Positions 22,649-34,815 of a DNA stretch of 64,000 nucleotides are shown here, one piece after another. A program made the position numbers and the translations under genes. The first letter of the stretch is position 1; each line of letters begins with the position of its first letter. This stretch comes from Williopsis jadinii (Eukaryota): positions 1,674,001 through 1,738,000 of the forward strand of contig AP024666.1 of assembly GCA_024346625.1 (NCBI GenBank), written 5' to 3'. Below the pieces are notes generated by a model. The model had not been told where the DNA came from and made no database searches. It worked only from the letters and a program-made list of their open reading frames with translations.

Positions 22649-24410
22649 GGGTGTGAGTTCTATCGACACATCATTAAAAATTGTGAGAGAGGTTGAGTGT
22701 GTATTCCTCATGTGATAGAAATACGAAAGAAGAAACAGACAATACTAAAGATACAGTTACATCGTACCATGTGTAACCGATGCGTATTTTTTCACGCTGT
22801 GTTTTAACCTTACTTGTGTGTATGTAGTTGTCCTGTAATGTAAAGATGCAATCGTCATTAGGTTGAGTAGTTGGGGTTATAAGTGAGCATTTCTTGGGCG
22901 GGGGGGGGGGGTTCCTCAATTTAGGGGTATCGTTCAACACTGGGCACTATTGATGTATCATTACTGCGCTACAGTCAATGTCAGTCAAACAACGGTGTAT
23001 GTGGTTCTCCATTGGACTATAAACCTATAACAACCAATCACTTGAGCCATTCCAATGTGTGGTTGAAGCATGTTATTCAGACCCTGACGAGGTGTCTTAA
23101 GTGTACATCGTCGCCGAGTGACATTCTAAAATGAGAATGCCCATGTTAGGCTATTCTTACTCTTTGACAATGTATGACCCGCAACCCATGTGATCTGTGG
23201 AGTATTGAATTCTGATGCCTAGAACTCCGGGCATAGGAAGCGAAGCAGGTCCTACTTGCTCAGTCACAGGAGGGCCCACAACACCCTGTGGCACTCAGTG
23301 GTGACTTCTCATCGAGCACTCAGCTCTGAAGCTTTCTGTTGTCTCAGTCAGGTGTATAAAGCCACTACTGAGAGTAATAACAGTATTCCAAGCACAATGG
23401 AGTGGGCCCGCTGGGCCCACCACAGCTGATACGTCTAAGGCCCTCTCACCAGTCCCTTCTGTGCTCACAGGCCACACACCAACCCCCCAGCTCCACTGCA
23501 AAGCCATCCTCCACCTCCATTTACTCCCTCTGCTCAGCACCAAAGCCACTTATCGTGGCTTGCAAAAGACCCCAACGCACCTCCATGCACCACGGAACCT
23601 CCTCCGGCGTCACCCATTCTTTTCCGCGATAATTCCCCCTTCGGGGAATTACACGCGGTCCCTACCAGAGATGTCCGGGTTATGTGTCCTGTAAACGAGG
23701 ACCATGGTCCTAGAAATGTGGCCCTGGACCCTTCAAAGTGGGCTGTCTGCTTTCTCCGTATCAAAGCCTACTGGAACCCTGGCCTTGCTATCAAACTACT
23801 TGCTGGCACTGCAAGTGCAGTGGAAAGGCCCCAGAGCAGTGCACACCACCCACACCGGGTCCTGCCCAAAGTGTGCGGATCAGTTTCGCAACCAAGCAAA
23901 CTCCACCACCACCAGCACACTCCCACCCGGTCATTGGGTGTTTTTTTACATGCTCGCTCTTTTCGGGGGAAACTCGGTGTTTACGGTGGAAAGTTATCGG
24001 CATCTGTACACCCTTTTTGCTGTAGCCATAATCGTTAAATTAAACGCTTCGTTTGTAGGTGGAGCGTACGTGGAGCAGAGTCTTGGTGCAGGCAAAATGG
24101 GTGATCTTGTAGTAGCAGTAGCACTCTAAGCGTGAGCCATGGATTAGGATAAAAAAAAGTTTTTCACTTTGTAATCTTTCCTATTAATCCCACCCACCCC
24201 GGCATCACCAAGAACGAGTCATTTTATTACTTGTTTCGAGTATCGACAGGCTTATTAATTTATTTGCTCAAAACACACAGCTCGTCGCACAGAGACTCTT
24301 TGATATTCCGATTGTTCTGACCTTTGAACTAATCCATTTCGTGCTGCGTGTGTTTCTTTCCATCCCCATCTTCGTTACCAAACAACGTAATTTGCACAGA
24401 TATCACCACG

Positions 24411-25508
24411 ATGATGAAGACATACATAATGCTTTTGTCTGCTGCTCTGCCAGCCCTTGTCTCTGGTGCTGCCTTGCCAGCACCAGAGGCACAGATTACC
24501 GCTGCTCCTCTGGTCAAACGTGGCCAACAGATCCTGTACGAGTCCGTCTGGACGTCCACCTCTGAGAGAATCTTGATGAGGGTGACACCTACTGTGATTG
24601 ACGGTGTGACCATCTCTGCATCTCCAGTTGACACCCCTACGGTCTGGGCCTCTCTTGACGGCTCAGGTATCCCGTACAACATCAAGCCAACGTCCACGGA
24701 CGGCAGCTGGATCTCGACCTCTCCAACACCAACAGCATCCAACTATCCAACACCATCTTATGAACCACCTGTGCTCAGATGCTTTGGTGATAGAGTGCCT
24801 GCAAGCAGCGTCCAGGGCCATCCATTCTGCAGTGCTTTGAACGGTACCGAGATGGTTGTCGGTGAGACGTACTGGTTGACATGGGACCCAAGTTACTGGG
24901 GAGGTGACGACGTTACGAAAGTCACCATCGAATTGCAACAATACCCTCAAGGTGCCTCCGAGAGCGATAACGTGTTGCTTACAACGTCTTATATCAGCAA
25001 CGCTGATGGCTACTATCCGTTGGAGATCCAAAGTGACTTTGTCAGATCTGATGGAAACGGTTACATGTGGGTTATCATTACTCCATTGGTCGTTGCTGGT
25101 ACCGATGCTACAAATGTCGGTACCGTTACTGGTCCTCTGATCAGAGCAATCTCATCAGTCGATGATGCCACTACCAAAATCACAAGACTCCCATCAGATA
25201 ACGGCTCTGGATCTTCTTCCTCCTCCTCCTCCTCGTCTTCCTCGTCTTCTTCTTCCAAGGCTGGTGTCGTTGCCCCAGCTGTCATTGTGCCAGTCATTGC
25301 AGTCATTGCCATTGCAGGATTCGTCTACTGGTACCTGAACAAGCAGAAGAAGAACGCATCTGTCGTCACTGAGGGCAGTGGACCTGGTGAGATCTCAAGT
25401 TCTGGCCAAGGTGATATCCACTTGTCCAAGACCACCACTAACAACTCGGTCATCACTGCTGAGACCGGTGCAAACCCATTCCAAGAGACCTCCAGAACTG
25501 TGCTATGA
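24411..25508 (+). CDS. Psg1 (Ykl077w)-like type I membrane protein
   Basis: Signal peptide, a KR dibasic site, the VTPTVIDGVTISA.P...W.SL...G.P..IKP motif typical of the Psg1 family, a poly-Ser tract and a C-terminal TM helix. Confidence 0.7.
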   Translation: MMKTYIMLLSAALPALVSGAALPAPEAQITAAPLVKRGQQILYESVWTSTSERILMRVTPTVIDGVTISASPVDTPTVWASLDGSGIPYNIKPTSTDGSWISTSPTPTASNYPTPSYEPPVLRCFGDRVPASSVQGHPFCSALNGTEMVVGETYWLTWDPSYWGGDDVTKVTIELQQYPQGASESDNVLLTTSYISNADGYYPLEIQSDFVRSDGNGYMWVIITPLVVAGTDATNVGTVTGPLIRAISSVDDATTKITRLPSDNGSGSSSSSSSSSSSSSSSKAGVVAPAVIVPVIAVIAIAGFVYWYLNKQKKNASVVTEGSGPGEISSSGQGDIHLSKTTTNNSVITAETGANPFQETSRTVL

Positions 25509-26305
25509 TTTACTCTCTGAGCGTTTCTCCTTGTTGTTTGCTTCGACTGTCCATTCGCCAAGGTGGCGTGGACTCAACCCCTTTTTGACCTTCTTATACG
25601 ACCTGTGACTGGATAATTTCCACTGTTGCTGTTTTCTTTTTGAATATATCTGAGTTTATAATCGCACAATCGTTACACACGTTGTAACACATCTTATGAA
25701 CGTTCATTTGCTTATCGATGCTCTCTAGTGGGTAGATAGCGTGTTAACAATAGGCTCTGAGAGCTGCTTTCCCATGTTTGTCTGCTTCTTCCCCATCCTC
25801 GTCCATATTTTTGGCTGTAATGGACCCGAACTGCCTGATAAGTGCTTCTCCATCATATGATGGCAGGAGGGTGCTGATGGCTTGAAATGGGCAGTTGTGT
25901 TAGTGCCTCGATGGTGGTGAGTAACGTACCGGTATCTAAGTCTGTGTGTGTGACTGTGCTCCCTTGTTTCCCCTTAAGACATGTCTACTACGGACTTTAA
26001 TGTGGAAGTTACACTCATGCTCTGCTGTACACTGCCAGTCCACCTACTCTACTGGTGCCACACCACCAGCACCACCAGCACCACCGGCACCACACCGCTA
26101 CTATTCACACAACTCCATACTCCGGCACCAACTGGGCAATAACGTAACCGAAACAACCACTATTGGGCAAAGCTCGACGTCCTCAGCCCACTAACAAGTG
26201 AGCAACCAGTACAGCCCATCACACCATTTGACACATAGCTCCATCATCGGTAAGGACACGTCCCAGCGTGTCCCTACCAATTCGGCGATTCCGAATTCCA
26301 AAAAG

Positions 26306-26377
26306 AGGTCGTACCCGGATTCGAACCGGGGTTGTTCGGATCAAAACCGAAAGTGATAACCACTACACTATACAACC
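26306..26377 (-). tRNA. tRNA-Gln (TTG)
   Basis: Minus strand reads GGTTGTATAGTGTAGTGGTTATCACTTTCGGTTTTGATCCGAACAACCCCGGTTCGAATCCGGGTACGACCT: cloverleaf with anticodon TTG, followed by a T-run. Confidence 0.96.
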
Positions 26378-26639
26378 TACCTCTTTGAGCTGTTGTTATT
26401 GGAACTTTGTGCTGCGTACACTTGCTGGTAGCGACAGCATACGCCTCGTTTTTCACTACATTGCCTTTTGATACTAAGCCTGGAAACAATAATAGCAAGC
26501 GGTTCCCTCACTTGTTGTCTCTTCACTTGAAGCCTGTCTGCCGTTGCCCATCGAGCGAGACTATCACACTTCTTTGTACCACAACGTCACTGACCTCTCT
26601 TCCCTTCCGTGGAAAGAAAGCCCGTGTGTGTATGTTAAA

Positions 26640-29600
26640 ATGGGTATATTTATGACTCCTCTGAACATCTTTGATCGATGTCCCTACGGCGATTCCTTGC
26701 TGATACCAGGTCACAATGCCGTCAACCCGTGTGTGTTCGAGTCGATCATACTGTGGCTGTCGTTGATCCTCTTTGTCTTTGGCTCAGTGCAGTTGATTGG
26801 GCTATGGACATCTCCTGTGCTGACAAAATGCTCGTTGAAGAAGTTGGAAAAATGGGGAGTATGGAGACTGGGCTCTATAGCGGTACAAGGCGTACTGTTG
26901 CTCACTGCTCGGGCCAGATGTCTGTTTGTTAACGGTGTTGCTGTAATGCTGGTTGCCCTGCCGCTGGGCTTCCTGGAGTACTTCAAGTCGCCAGTGACAT
27001 GTGGTGCGCCATTGTTCTACTTCCTGTTCCAGCTCATCATCCTGTCCTTGTCCATCCTGCAGTCGCTGGTGTCTGGAGATTATCCGGTACTGGATAACGA
27101 TATCAGGATCTATATCGTTGCGCTGAATACACTGAACATACTCGTGTGCGCGACAGCGTTCTATAAGCCGGTTCATGAAGTTGTCAAGCATTACATGAAA
27201 CCTGGCTCTATACACGCAAACGCCCTTTCTAGACTGACATTTGTTTGGATGAACGAGGTCATCTCCAAGGGCTACAAGAACCATAAGCTGAGAGATGAGG
27301 ACATCCCAGACCCCCCAGCTGCACTTGAACCAAGAACTGGTTATAAACAATTCCAAGATGTTTGGGATTCTCAAGGGAAGAAGTCGCTGTTGAACGCTCT
27401 TATCAAGGTTTTTGGCTTGACACTCGTGTCTGCTATCTTTATTCAACTGTGTAATGACATCTTGTCCTTCGTGTCCCCACAGTTGCTTCGTCTGCTCATC
27501 AAGTTCTTCGACAGCAAAGGGGAACAACAGCTTATTGTGGGGTTCCTCATCGCATTGGGACTCTTTGTCGTTTCAGTGGCAGAGATCTCCTTACACAATC
27601 AGTTCTTTATCATCCTTTACAAGGTCGGACTCGGTGTAAGATCGGCTTTGATGTCCATGGTTTACCATAAGGCACTTACATTGTCTCCAGAGTCGAAGAA
27701 GGAGCGCTCAACTGGTGATATTGTTAATATCCTTGCTGTTGATGTTCAAAGAATCCAGGATTTGGGAAACCAGTTCAATATGCTCGTTTCGGCACCTATC
27801 AAGATTGTTCTTTGCCTGCTCTCCTTGTACAACCTCTTGGGAAAGGCTACATTCACCGGGATGTGCACAATGGCCATCCTTATCCCTGTAAATGGTTTGC
27901 TATCAGCTTCTGTTAGATCACTCTTTATGACACAGATGAAATACAAGGATAAGAGAACAAGAACAACATCCGAACTGCTCACGTCAATCAAGAGCATCAA
28001 ATTGTATGCAATTGAAAAAACAATGCTTCAAAGACTGGCACATGTGAGAAATGACCTTGAATTGGCAAACTTGAAGAAAATCAGTGTCTATATGGGTGCT
28101 GTCACCTTCTGTTGGAACTGTGTTCCTTTCATGGTTAGTTGTTCAACCTTTGCAGCCTTTGCGTTATGGTATGAGCAGCCTTTAACACCTGATATTGTGT
28201 TTCCTGCGTTGGCGTTGTTTGACTTATTAGCTGAACCAATTGGAATCATTCCAATGATTATCACGGCACTGGTGGAAACTGCTGTATCGTTCAAGAGAAT
28301 TACAACGTTCTTGCTATGCGAGGAAATTGATTCGGATCTGTTAAAGCATTTTGATAGGGTTGATGAAGAGTCAGGAGTTGCAGTAAAGGCAAAGAATTGT
28401 ACGTTCCTTTGGGAGTCCGTCAAAGAGAAGAAAGAGGAGAATTATGATGAGGAAACAACAGTTGGAAATTCAAAAGTTGCATTGGTTTTAGACGACTTTG
28501 AAGCAAAAAAGGGCCAACTAACGTGTATAGTTGGTAAAGTCGGTGCAGGAAAATCCACTTTATTGAATTCAATCCTGGGATACTTGCCATGTATGGGTAC
28601 GGATGGGACAGATCCGACTTTGAACATACATGGAACTGTGGCATACAGTTCTCAAATACCATGGATTATGAACACGACTGTCAGGGAGAACATCCTCTTT
28701 GGTCATAGATATGATGAAGAGTTTTACCAGAAAACTTTGGAATCGTGTCAACTTTTGCCTGATTTGCAAGTATTGCCAGATGGAGATGCGACTGCAGTTG
28801 GTGAAAAGGGTATATCGCTCTCAGGTGGTCAGAAGGCAAGACTAAGTTTGGCTAGAGCAGTTTACGCAAGAGCAGACGTAGTTATCCTCGACGATGTTCT
28901 CTCTGCTGTTGATTCACATGTTGGAAGAAACATTATCAGTGAAGTTATCACCGGCCTGTTATCTACAAAGAGTGTGATTCTGGCTACTAATTCCATCTCT
29001 GTGCTCAAACATGCTGATAATATCATTCTTTTGGAGCACGGTAAAGTTGTTGAAACCGGGAGCTATCGTGATATTCAAAGATCTGATTCCAAGTTGTCAA
29101 AACTTATCGACGAGTTCGGAATTGGCGAGAGTGAGGAAGTTGATGATGAAGAGGAGAAGAATGTGCCACTGGAAAAAACGTTGACCACGAGAAGAGCAAG
29201 CATTGAAACTTTCAAAAAGTTAACCTCCGTGGAAAAGAACAAGAAAAGTGGTCAGATAGCTGAAGAATCGGCTGAAGGAAGAGTCAGTTTCAGAGTTTAC
29301 AATGAATACATCAAGGCGTGTGGATACTCTGGCTTCATTGGCTTCCTCTTTCTCATGGTTTTAAGTACTGTCTTTTCCATCGCAGCTAACAACTGGCTGA
29401 AGTCGTGGTCCGAAGACAATGCTAAGAACGGTGCAAACAAAAACGTCTGGATGTATGTTGGTATCTATGCATTCTTTGGTGTTGGATCAAGTGTCCTCAC
29501 ATTCTTCAGAAGCATTGTGATGTGGTTGTTCTGTGCACTCAAGGGCTCCTCCATGTTGCATGACAGAATGGCACTTTCAGTTATTAGATCACCAATGTCC

Positions 29601-31064
29601 TTCTTTGAAACAACTCCTACTGGAAGAATCTTGAATAGATTCTCCTCTGATGTTAACAGAATTGATGAATCTCTTCCAAGATCTTTCAGTTTCTTTTTCA
29701 GCTCTCTTACCAAGACGGTTCTGATTCTGGGCTTTATCGGTATCAATATGCCACCTTTCCTTATCCTTGCTGCCCTACTCTCTGTTGCTTACATTTACTA
29801 TCAACAGTACTACATCACATCGTCCAGGGACTTGAAACGTATTGTTTCTGTATCAAGATCTCCAATATTTTCCCATCTTCAGGAAACACTTAACGGGTTT
29901 GAAACTATACTGGCATTTGGGCAAAGCGACCGGTTCCAATTCATTCAATTTGAGAACTTGGCCTTCCATCTAAAGGTTGTCTACATGTTCAGATCCATTA
30001 ACAGATGGTTGTTCAGCAGATTGCAGTTTATGGGCTCCATAGTGATTTTTTCCACAGCATCATTGGCCATCTTACAAGGTATAAGTGGTGGTATGGCAGG
30101 TTTACTGATCACTTATGCCTTGAGTGTCACATCCTCTCTTAGTTTTATCGTCAGAATGACCGTGGAGGTTGAAACGAACATTGTTTCTGTTGAGCGAGTT
30201 CTTGATTACTGTGATCTACCGCCTGAAGCTGATGAAATCACGGATGTTAGACCACCTGAGCACTGGCCAACGGAGGGATCTGTTAGATTTGACCACTACA
30301 CTACAAAGTACAGAGCTAACTTAGACCCCGTTTTGAACAACGTTTCGTTTGAAGTTAAACCAAGAGAGAAAATCGGTATTGTTGGAAGAACAGGTGCAGG
30401 TAAAAGTACCCTATCTCTTGCGTTGTTTAGAATTATTGAGCCCACTGAAGGACGAGTGCTTATTGATGATGTTGATATCACGAAGCTGGGCTTGCATGAT
30501 TTGAGAAGTAACCTGGCCATTATACCACAAGATTCTCAGGCATTTGAAGGCACTGTGAGACAGAATCTGGATCCTCTGGGATCATACAAGGATGAACAAC
30601 TATGGAAGGCGTTAGAATTGGCGCATTTGAAGCCATTTATCGAAAATCTGGATAAGGATGACACCGACGGAAACGTGGGGCTCGATGCCAAACTTTCAGA
30701 AGGAGGCTCAAACATGTCTGTTGGTCAAAGACAACTTTTATGTCTTGCTAGAGCCCTTTTGAACCCTTCAAAGGTGCTGATTCTCGATGAGGCCACTGCT
30801 TCTGTTGATGTCGAGACTGATAGAGTTGTTCAGGATACAATCAGAAGTGAATTCAAAGATCGGACGATTTTAACCATTGCCCACAGAATCGATACCGTTA
30901 TGGACAGTGATAAGATCCTTGTCCTTGAAAGTGGTGAGGTTAAGGAATTTGATTCCCCTCAGAATCTCTTGAAGAATAAGGATAGTATGTTCTATCACTT
31001 GTGTGAGCAGGGTGGGTACATTGGAACATCTAGCTCGACTTCAACATCTGAAGCCATTAACTAA
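26640..31064 (+). CDS. BPT1: ABCC/MRP-type vacuolar ABC transporter (Bpt1/Ycf1 family)
   Basis: Two nucleotide-binding domains (GKVGAGKS + LSGGQKAR; GRTGAGKS + MSVGQRQ) and two TM domains. The N-terminus CPYG...NAVNPC is Bpt1-like. First ATG at 26640 (26652 is also possible). Confidence 0.85.
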   Translation: MGIFMTPLNIFDRCPYGDSLLIPGHNAVNPCVFESIILWLSLILFVFGSVQLIGLWTSPVLTKCSLKKLEKWGVWRLGSIAVQGVLLLTARARCLFVNGVAVMLVALPLGFLEYFKSPVTCGAPLFYFLFQLIILSLSILQSLVSGDYPVLDNDIRIYIVALNTLNILVCATAFYKPVHEVVKHYMKPGSIHANALSRLTFVWMNEVISKGYKNHKLRDEDIPDPPAALEPRTGYKQFQDVWDSQGKKSLLNALIKVFGLTLVSAIFIQLCNDILSFVSPQLLRLLIKFFDSKGEQQLIVGFLIALGLFVVSVAEISLHNQFFIILYKVGLGVRSALMSMVYHKALTLSPESKKERSTGDIVNILAVDVQRIQDLGNQFNMLVSAPIKIVLCLLSLYNLLGKATFTGMCTMAILIPVNGLLSASVRSLFMTQMKYKDKRTRTTSELLTSIKSIKLYAIEKTMLQRLAHVRNDLELANLKKISVYMGAVTFCWNCVPFMVSCSTFAAFALWYEQPLTPDIVFPALALFDLLAEPIGIIPMIITALVETAVSFKRITTFLLCEEIDSDLLKHFDRVDEESGVAVKAKNCTFLWESVKEKKEENYDEETTVGNSKVALVLDDFEAKKGQLTCIVGKVGAGKSTLLNSILGYLPCMGTDGTDPTLNIHGTVAYSSQIPWIMNTTVRENILFGHRYDEEFYQKTLESCQLLPDLQVLPDGDATAVGEKGISLSGGQKARLSLARAVYARADVVILDDVLSAVDSHVGRNIISEVITGLLSTKSVILATNSISVLKHADNIILLEHGKVVETGSYRDIQRSDSKLSKLIDEFGIGESEEVDDEEEKNVPLEKTLTTRRASIETFKKLTSVEKNKKSGQIAEESAEGRVSFRVYNEYIKACGYSGFIGFLFLMVLSTVFSIAANNWLKSWSEDNAKNGANKNVWMYVGIYAFFGVGSSVLTFFRSIVMWLFCALKGSSMLHDRMALSVIRSPMSFFETTPTGRILNRFSSDVNRIDESLPRSFSFFFSSLTKTVLILGFIGINMPPFLILAALLSVAYIYYQQYYITSSRDLKRIVSVSRSPIFSHLQETLNGFETILAFGQSDRFQFIQFENLAFHLKVVYMFRSINRWLFSRLQFMGSIVIFSTASLAILQGISGGMAGLLITYALSVTSSLSFIVRMTVEVETNIVSVERVLDYCDLPPEADEITDVRPPEHWPTEGSVRFDHYTTKYRANLDPVLNNVSFEVKPREKIGIVGRTGAGKSTLSLALFRIIEPTEGRVLIDDVDITKLGLHDLRSNLAIIPQDSQAFEGTVRQNLDPLGSYKDEQLWKALELAHLKPFIENLDKDDTDGNVGLDAKLSEGGSNMSVGQRQLLCLARALLNPSKVLILDEATASVDVETDRVVQDTIRSEFKDRTILTIAHRIDTVMDSDKILVLESGEVKEFDSPQNLLKNKDSMFYHLCEQGGYIGTSSSTSTSEAIN

Positions 31065-31131
31065 GCCTACGGACAAAATTTATACTAAGTCATACTAGAA
31101 ACAAATATTTATAAAAGGCATTCAATGATAT

Positions 31132-31278
31132 TTAGCACCAGATGTGGAAGAATCTTATGTACATGGGTATTGTAAGCTCTTGTCTTTCTATAAGGAGCTG
31201 CTTAAGCCATTGTATATCAGCGTATTTTCTGTCCGTATCTGTATCCATACCCACTGCTTTGATGAGAATAGTCCAGTT
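31132..31278 (-). pseudogene. 3' fragment of a HIP1-like amino-acid permease
   Basis: Translates as NWTILIKAVGMDTDTDRKYADIQWLKQLLIERQELTIPMYIRFFHIWC*, homologous to the C-terminus of 32105-33841 (NWTLFIRAEDMDIDTGRK...PMYIRFFHIWC*). No homologous upstream ORF is visible. Confidence 0.85.
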
Positions 31279-32104
31279 TTACTTTCAAAGATGCTTTCTC
31301 TCCATCTGATGTGCTCTCTCTGCTATGTACTACTCTCTACTTGGTGTTTGAGACAGAAGCAACTACAGACGTTCTGATGGATCTAATCTTGAGCCACAGC
31401 CAAAAGAGCTTACCAAAAGATCACATTCCTTGCTTGTATCCTACTAAGAAGCCTGGTGCCTAAAATTCCCCTTCCATAGAGCTATGATACACACGCTACG
31501 AACGTCTCAATAGGAGACAACCCTGTCCTACTCCAGAATGTTCCAAACACGTGATTGAGATCTACACCGTTAAACCCTCATATGCGTTGTAGTGCGTCTG
31601 CTAGCCTGTGGCTCCACTGTGAGGTGATACTTTAGACCAGATTGTATGGTAATCTCAGCACAACCACTCTGCCTGGAGCCAAAGAACGAGGTAGGAAGCG
31701 ACATGGTTTTATACTGTCGTTCAACATGCTTCACAGCGTGAATATTTTCACACATGTCGGTAGTTCATGAAGATTGAAGGTCAAAATGATACAAAGAGAC
31801 GAAGATGCACGCTGTTGTACTTCCACTGCTTAATTCCATGCTGTTGTGTTGCGTCAGGAGTATCACAACTTCCGATCCTCTGGCACATTTCACACTCATC
31901 ATCACTGCTGAGAACGTAAGCGTAGCTCTCGTGCTATATTGTGGTGAGTATTTCGGAGCTGGACGCTTCCCGTATAGGCGTATACGATCTTCCTTCCTAA
32001 ATAGCTGATGATTACAAGACCCTTACTGAAATGCAAATGCTTTAATATTAAACAGTATAATAACTTGCCGAGGGCAAGTCCGTCAATCGTCAATCATACG
32101 TACC

Positions 32105-33841
32105 TTAGCACCAAATGTGGAAGAATCTGATGTACATAGGCTTAGATGCAAGCTCCTGTTTTTCTATAAGGATCTCTTGTTTGAGCAACTCCATGTCAAC
32201 TTGCTTTCTGCCTGTGTCTATATCCATATCCTCTGCTCTGATGAACAAGGTCCAGTTTCTCTTCCAAATCTTATGAGCTACATAGAAGGCAATGAAGATA
32301 CACAGCGACAAGAACACCTCGAAGAATGACTTAGCATCTGCAGAGCTTCCAGGGAACAGAGCGACCCAGAACTGGCCTGCTATGACCAGAAAGTTCATAC
32401 CAACACCGTACAGCGAACCCCAGACTCCGAATTGAGCAACGTACGTGAGCTCATCGGTGTTTCTTCCCTGAGCTTGTAAAGCTCTTCTGAATCTAACATG
32501 GGAAAAGCAGATACACATCCATGCAAAGATCGTGGAAAGACCAGAGAGCGCAGAAAGCCATAGGAACACCTCGTCTTCCTTGTCAGAAGCTGCAATGAAT
32601 GACAATAGTCCGATGAACAACGTGACAAAAGTGGCGTACAGAGGTCTTCCTGTTCTATCGATGTAAGACAAGAACTTTGGAGCATGACCAATGTCGGCCA
32701 ATGAAGCCAGCACTCTTGAAGAGGCATACACTGATGAATTTGCAACAGATAAGATGGCAATGAGAATAATAACGTTCATGAGAGATGGCAGGCCCTTGAT
32801 GCCTGCATTTTCAATGGCAATGACAAAAGGCGACACTGATGCGTAAGAGTCACCGTTTAACAGTCTATCGTCGTCGTATGGAACTAGACATCCAATCAAT
32901 GTCAAAGTAACTATGTAGATACCGGTGACGAGCCAGAATGTTTGCTTTGCAGCCTTTGGAATGGTCTTTCTTGGGTTTGACGTCTCAGCTGCTGTCATAC
33001 CGATAAGCTCAGTACCAGCAAACGAGAAAGCAGCAGTGACAAAGACAGAGCAGACACCTTTGAACCCATGCGAAAAGGCACCTGGATCATGCCAGTATCT
33101 CCCTCCAATGTAACCACCTTCTGGACCACCTCCACAGATCAGCACAATTCCCAGAATGAAGAACCCGAGCACAGCAATGATCTTGATCATGGAAAGAATC
33201 ACTTCTGACTCCGCATAGTACTTGACATCAAGCATGTTCAGGACACAGATGAAGACAAAGAACACAGCCACCCAAACGTCGGAGTTGATATCTTCACGCC
33301 AATATTGGATTGTGATGGCTGCAGCCACCAGCTCCAATGGTAATAGGATCAGCCACTGTAGGGCATAGTTCCATCCCATCGCAAAGCCTACAGATGGATC
33401 GATGAATCTGGTTGCGTAGGTCGTGAACCCACCAGTGACTGGGAAAGTAACACACATCTCACCAAGCGCAATGGCAGTGGTCAGCATCATGGTTGCGATG
33501 ATTGACCAGCCAATGACCAAAGCCGCAGGACCACCTGTGTTCAGAGCACCACCTGAGTTGACGAATAAACCTGTGCCGACAGAACCTCCTATAGCAATCA
33601 TCATAAGGTGACGTTGTGTCAGCTCTTGCTTCATATCGGACTTTGATGAGTTCAGAGCAGCCTTCTCGATATCAGTGAGGTCCTTATAATCCCTGACGTC
33701 GGCATGGCGGAAATCAGAGCAGCTATCTGATTCCAGTGGAGGCTTGAAAGAGTCTTTAAACCTCTCCCAATGGTTGAGTCTCTTGTGTGTCGTCTCCGTA
33801 GCTGGAGACTTTAACGAGTTGGAGTACTCTATATCCGACAT
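32105..33841 (-). CDS. HIP1: Yeast amino-acid permease, HIP1 (histidine permease)-like
   Basis: 578 aa with IGGSVGTGLFVNSG, LPLELVAA, NMLDVK, LSMIKI and YWHDPGAF (Hip1-like) and a C-terminal HIWC. Substrate is not proven. Confidence 0.75.
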   Translation of the reverse strand: MSDIEYSNSLKSPATETTHKRLNHWERFKDSFKPPLESDSCSDFRHADVRDYKDLTDIEKAALNSSKSDMKQELTQRHLMMIAIGGSVGTGLFVNSGGALNTGGPAALVIGWSIIATMMLTTAIALGEMCVTFPVTGGFTTYATRFIDPSVGFAMGWNYALQWLILLPLELVAAAITIQYWREDINSDVWVAVFFVFICVLNMLDVKYYAESEVILSMIKIIAVLGFFILGIVLICGGGPEGGYIGGRYWHDPGAFSHGFKGVCSVFVTAAFSFAGTELIGMTAAETSNPRKTIPKAAKQTFWLVTGIYIVTLTLIGCLVPYDDDRLLNGDSYASVSPFVIAIENAGIKGLPSLMNVIILIAILSVANSSVYASSRVLASLADIGHAPKFLSYIDRTGRPLYATFVTLFIGLLSFIAASDKEDEVFLWLSALSGLSTIFAWMCICFSHVRFRRALQAQGRNTDELTYVAQFGVWGSLYGVGMNFLVIAGQFWVALFPGSSADAKSFFEVFLSLCIFIAFYVAHKIWKRNWTLFIRAEDMDIDTGRKQVDMELLKQEILIEKQELASKPMYIRFFHIWC

Positions 33842-34777
33842 ATCTTGTACGCAATCCTATCAACAAGGTTAATTGACTATGAGTGAAGAGCGCAGTGGCA
33901 GATAGAGAAGAGAAGGAGAAAGATGAAAAGTTTTTTTTCTTTCTTTTTCATACGTATTTACGTCCCCTGCACGTATAACATGATGATGACTCTGGTCCTT
34001 GGAGCGCCTATGATGTGAAAATTTGACGTGTAAGAGAGGGAAAAAAGAAATTAAGCGAATACGACTCGTGGTGACAGAGTGGTTGCCGAGTCCAGCAGGG
34101 TGTACAGGACGAGAAGCTCGAGGTTGGGATGGCCGGTGTCTCTCGTAAAAGGTCAACATCGATCTCACGGGGAGCAATGCGGCTCTGTAGTCGTCAGACT
34201 GGACGTGTCGTATGTTAATTCACAGTCTAACGCTACCCAATGATCTTCGTCCGGTTTCCCAGTTGACACGGAGTTTGACACATAGGACTCAACCGTTGGA
34301 GTGGGAGGAAAAGGGCGGATTGAAGGAGAGGACGACGCAATCAAGAGATATGGGTATTATTTATAACACCGACGCTAAGGACGTACTCTTGCAGGCCTAA
34401 ACAGCACAGAGAATATGAAGCCAGGGGGAGCGAAAAGCCGGCTCAACGGTGTAGATGCTGTGGACGGTTGTCCTTGCGGTGAATACGCTTATTGCCACCA
34501 GCAATGGGCTAAAAGGGCCTTCAGGAGCTGGAGATCTCACGAGTTTCACAACAGGTTTGAGTTTCCCTGCTGATGGGAAAATGCAACGAAACGCATGCGA
34601 TGGAAAACTTTTTTCTGAGGAAAGCGCCGTTTGTGTGTCCCGTACCATGCCGAGTGCTCTGTATTGGGTAATTTCCCGATTGGGTGTTTTCGCTGTTTTA
34701 CCCCCTCCCCCGTGGTGTGTTTGCCGCGCGGCTAATTTCGCCTTTGTTTACTTTTTAGCACTCGCTCTTCCTTCCAT

Positions 34778-34778
34778 C

Positions 34779-34813
<35 letters not shown>
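34778..34813 (+). repeat. (CAA)12 microsatellite upstream of ZIP1
   Basis: Twelve perfect CAA units read directly from the sequence. Confidence 0.95.

Positions 34814-34815
<2 letters not shown>

Noticed and set aside
22650..24340. Long, partly GC-rich intergenic region with many short overlapping ORFs; considered a ncRNA such as telomerase RNA, or an LTR
   Set aside because: No recognisable protein motif, Sm site, template or TG...CA repeat. Only a small GTGGGCCC/GGGCCCAC hairpin is present, so no call is supportable.
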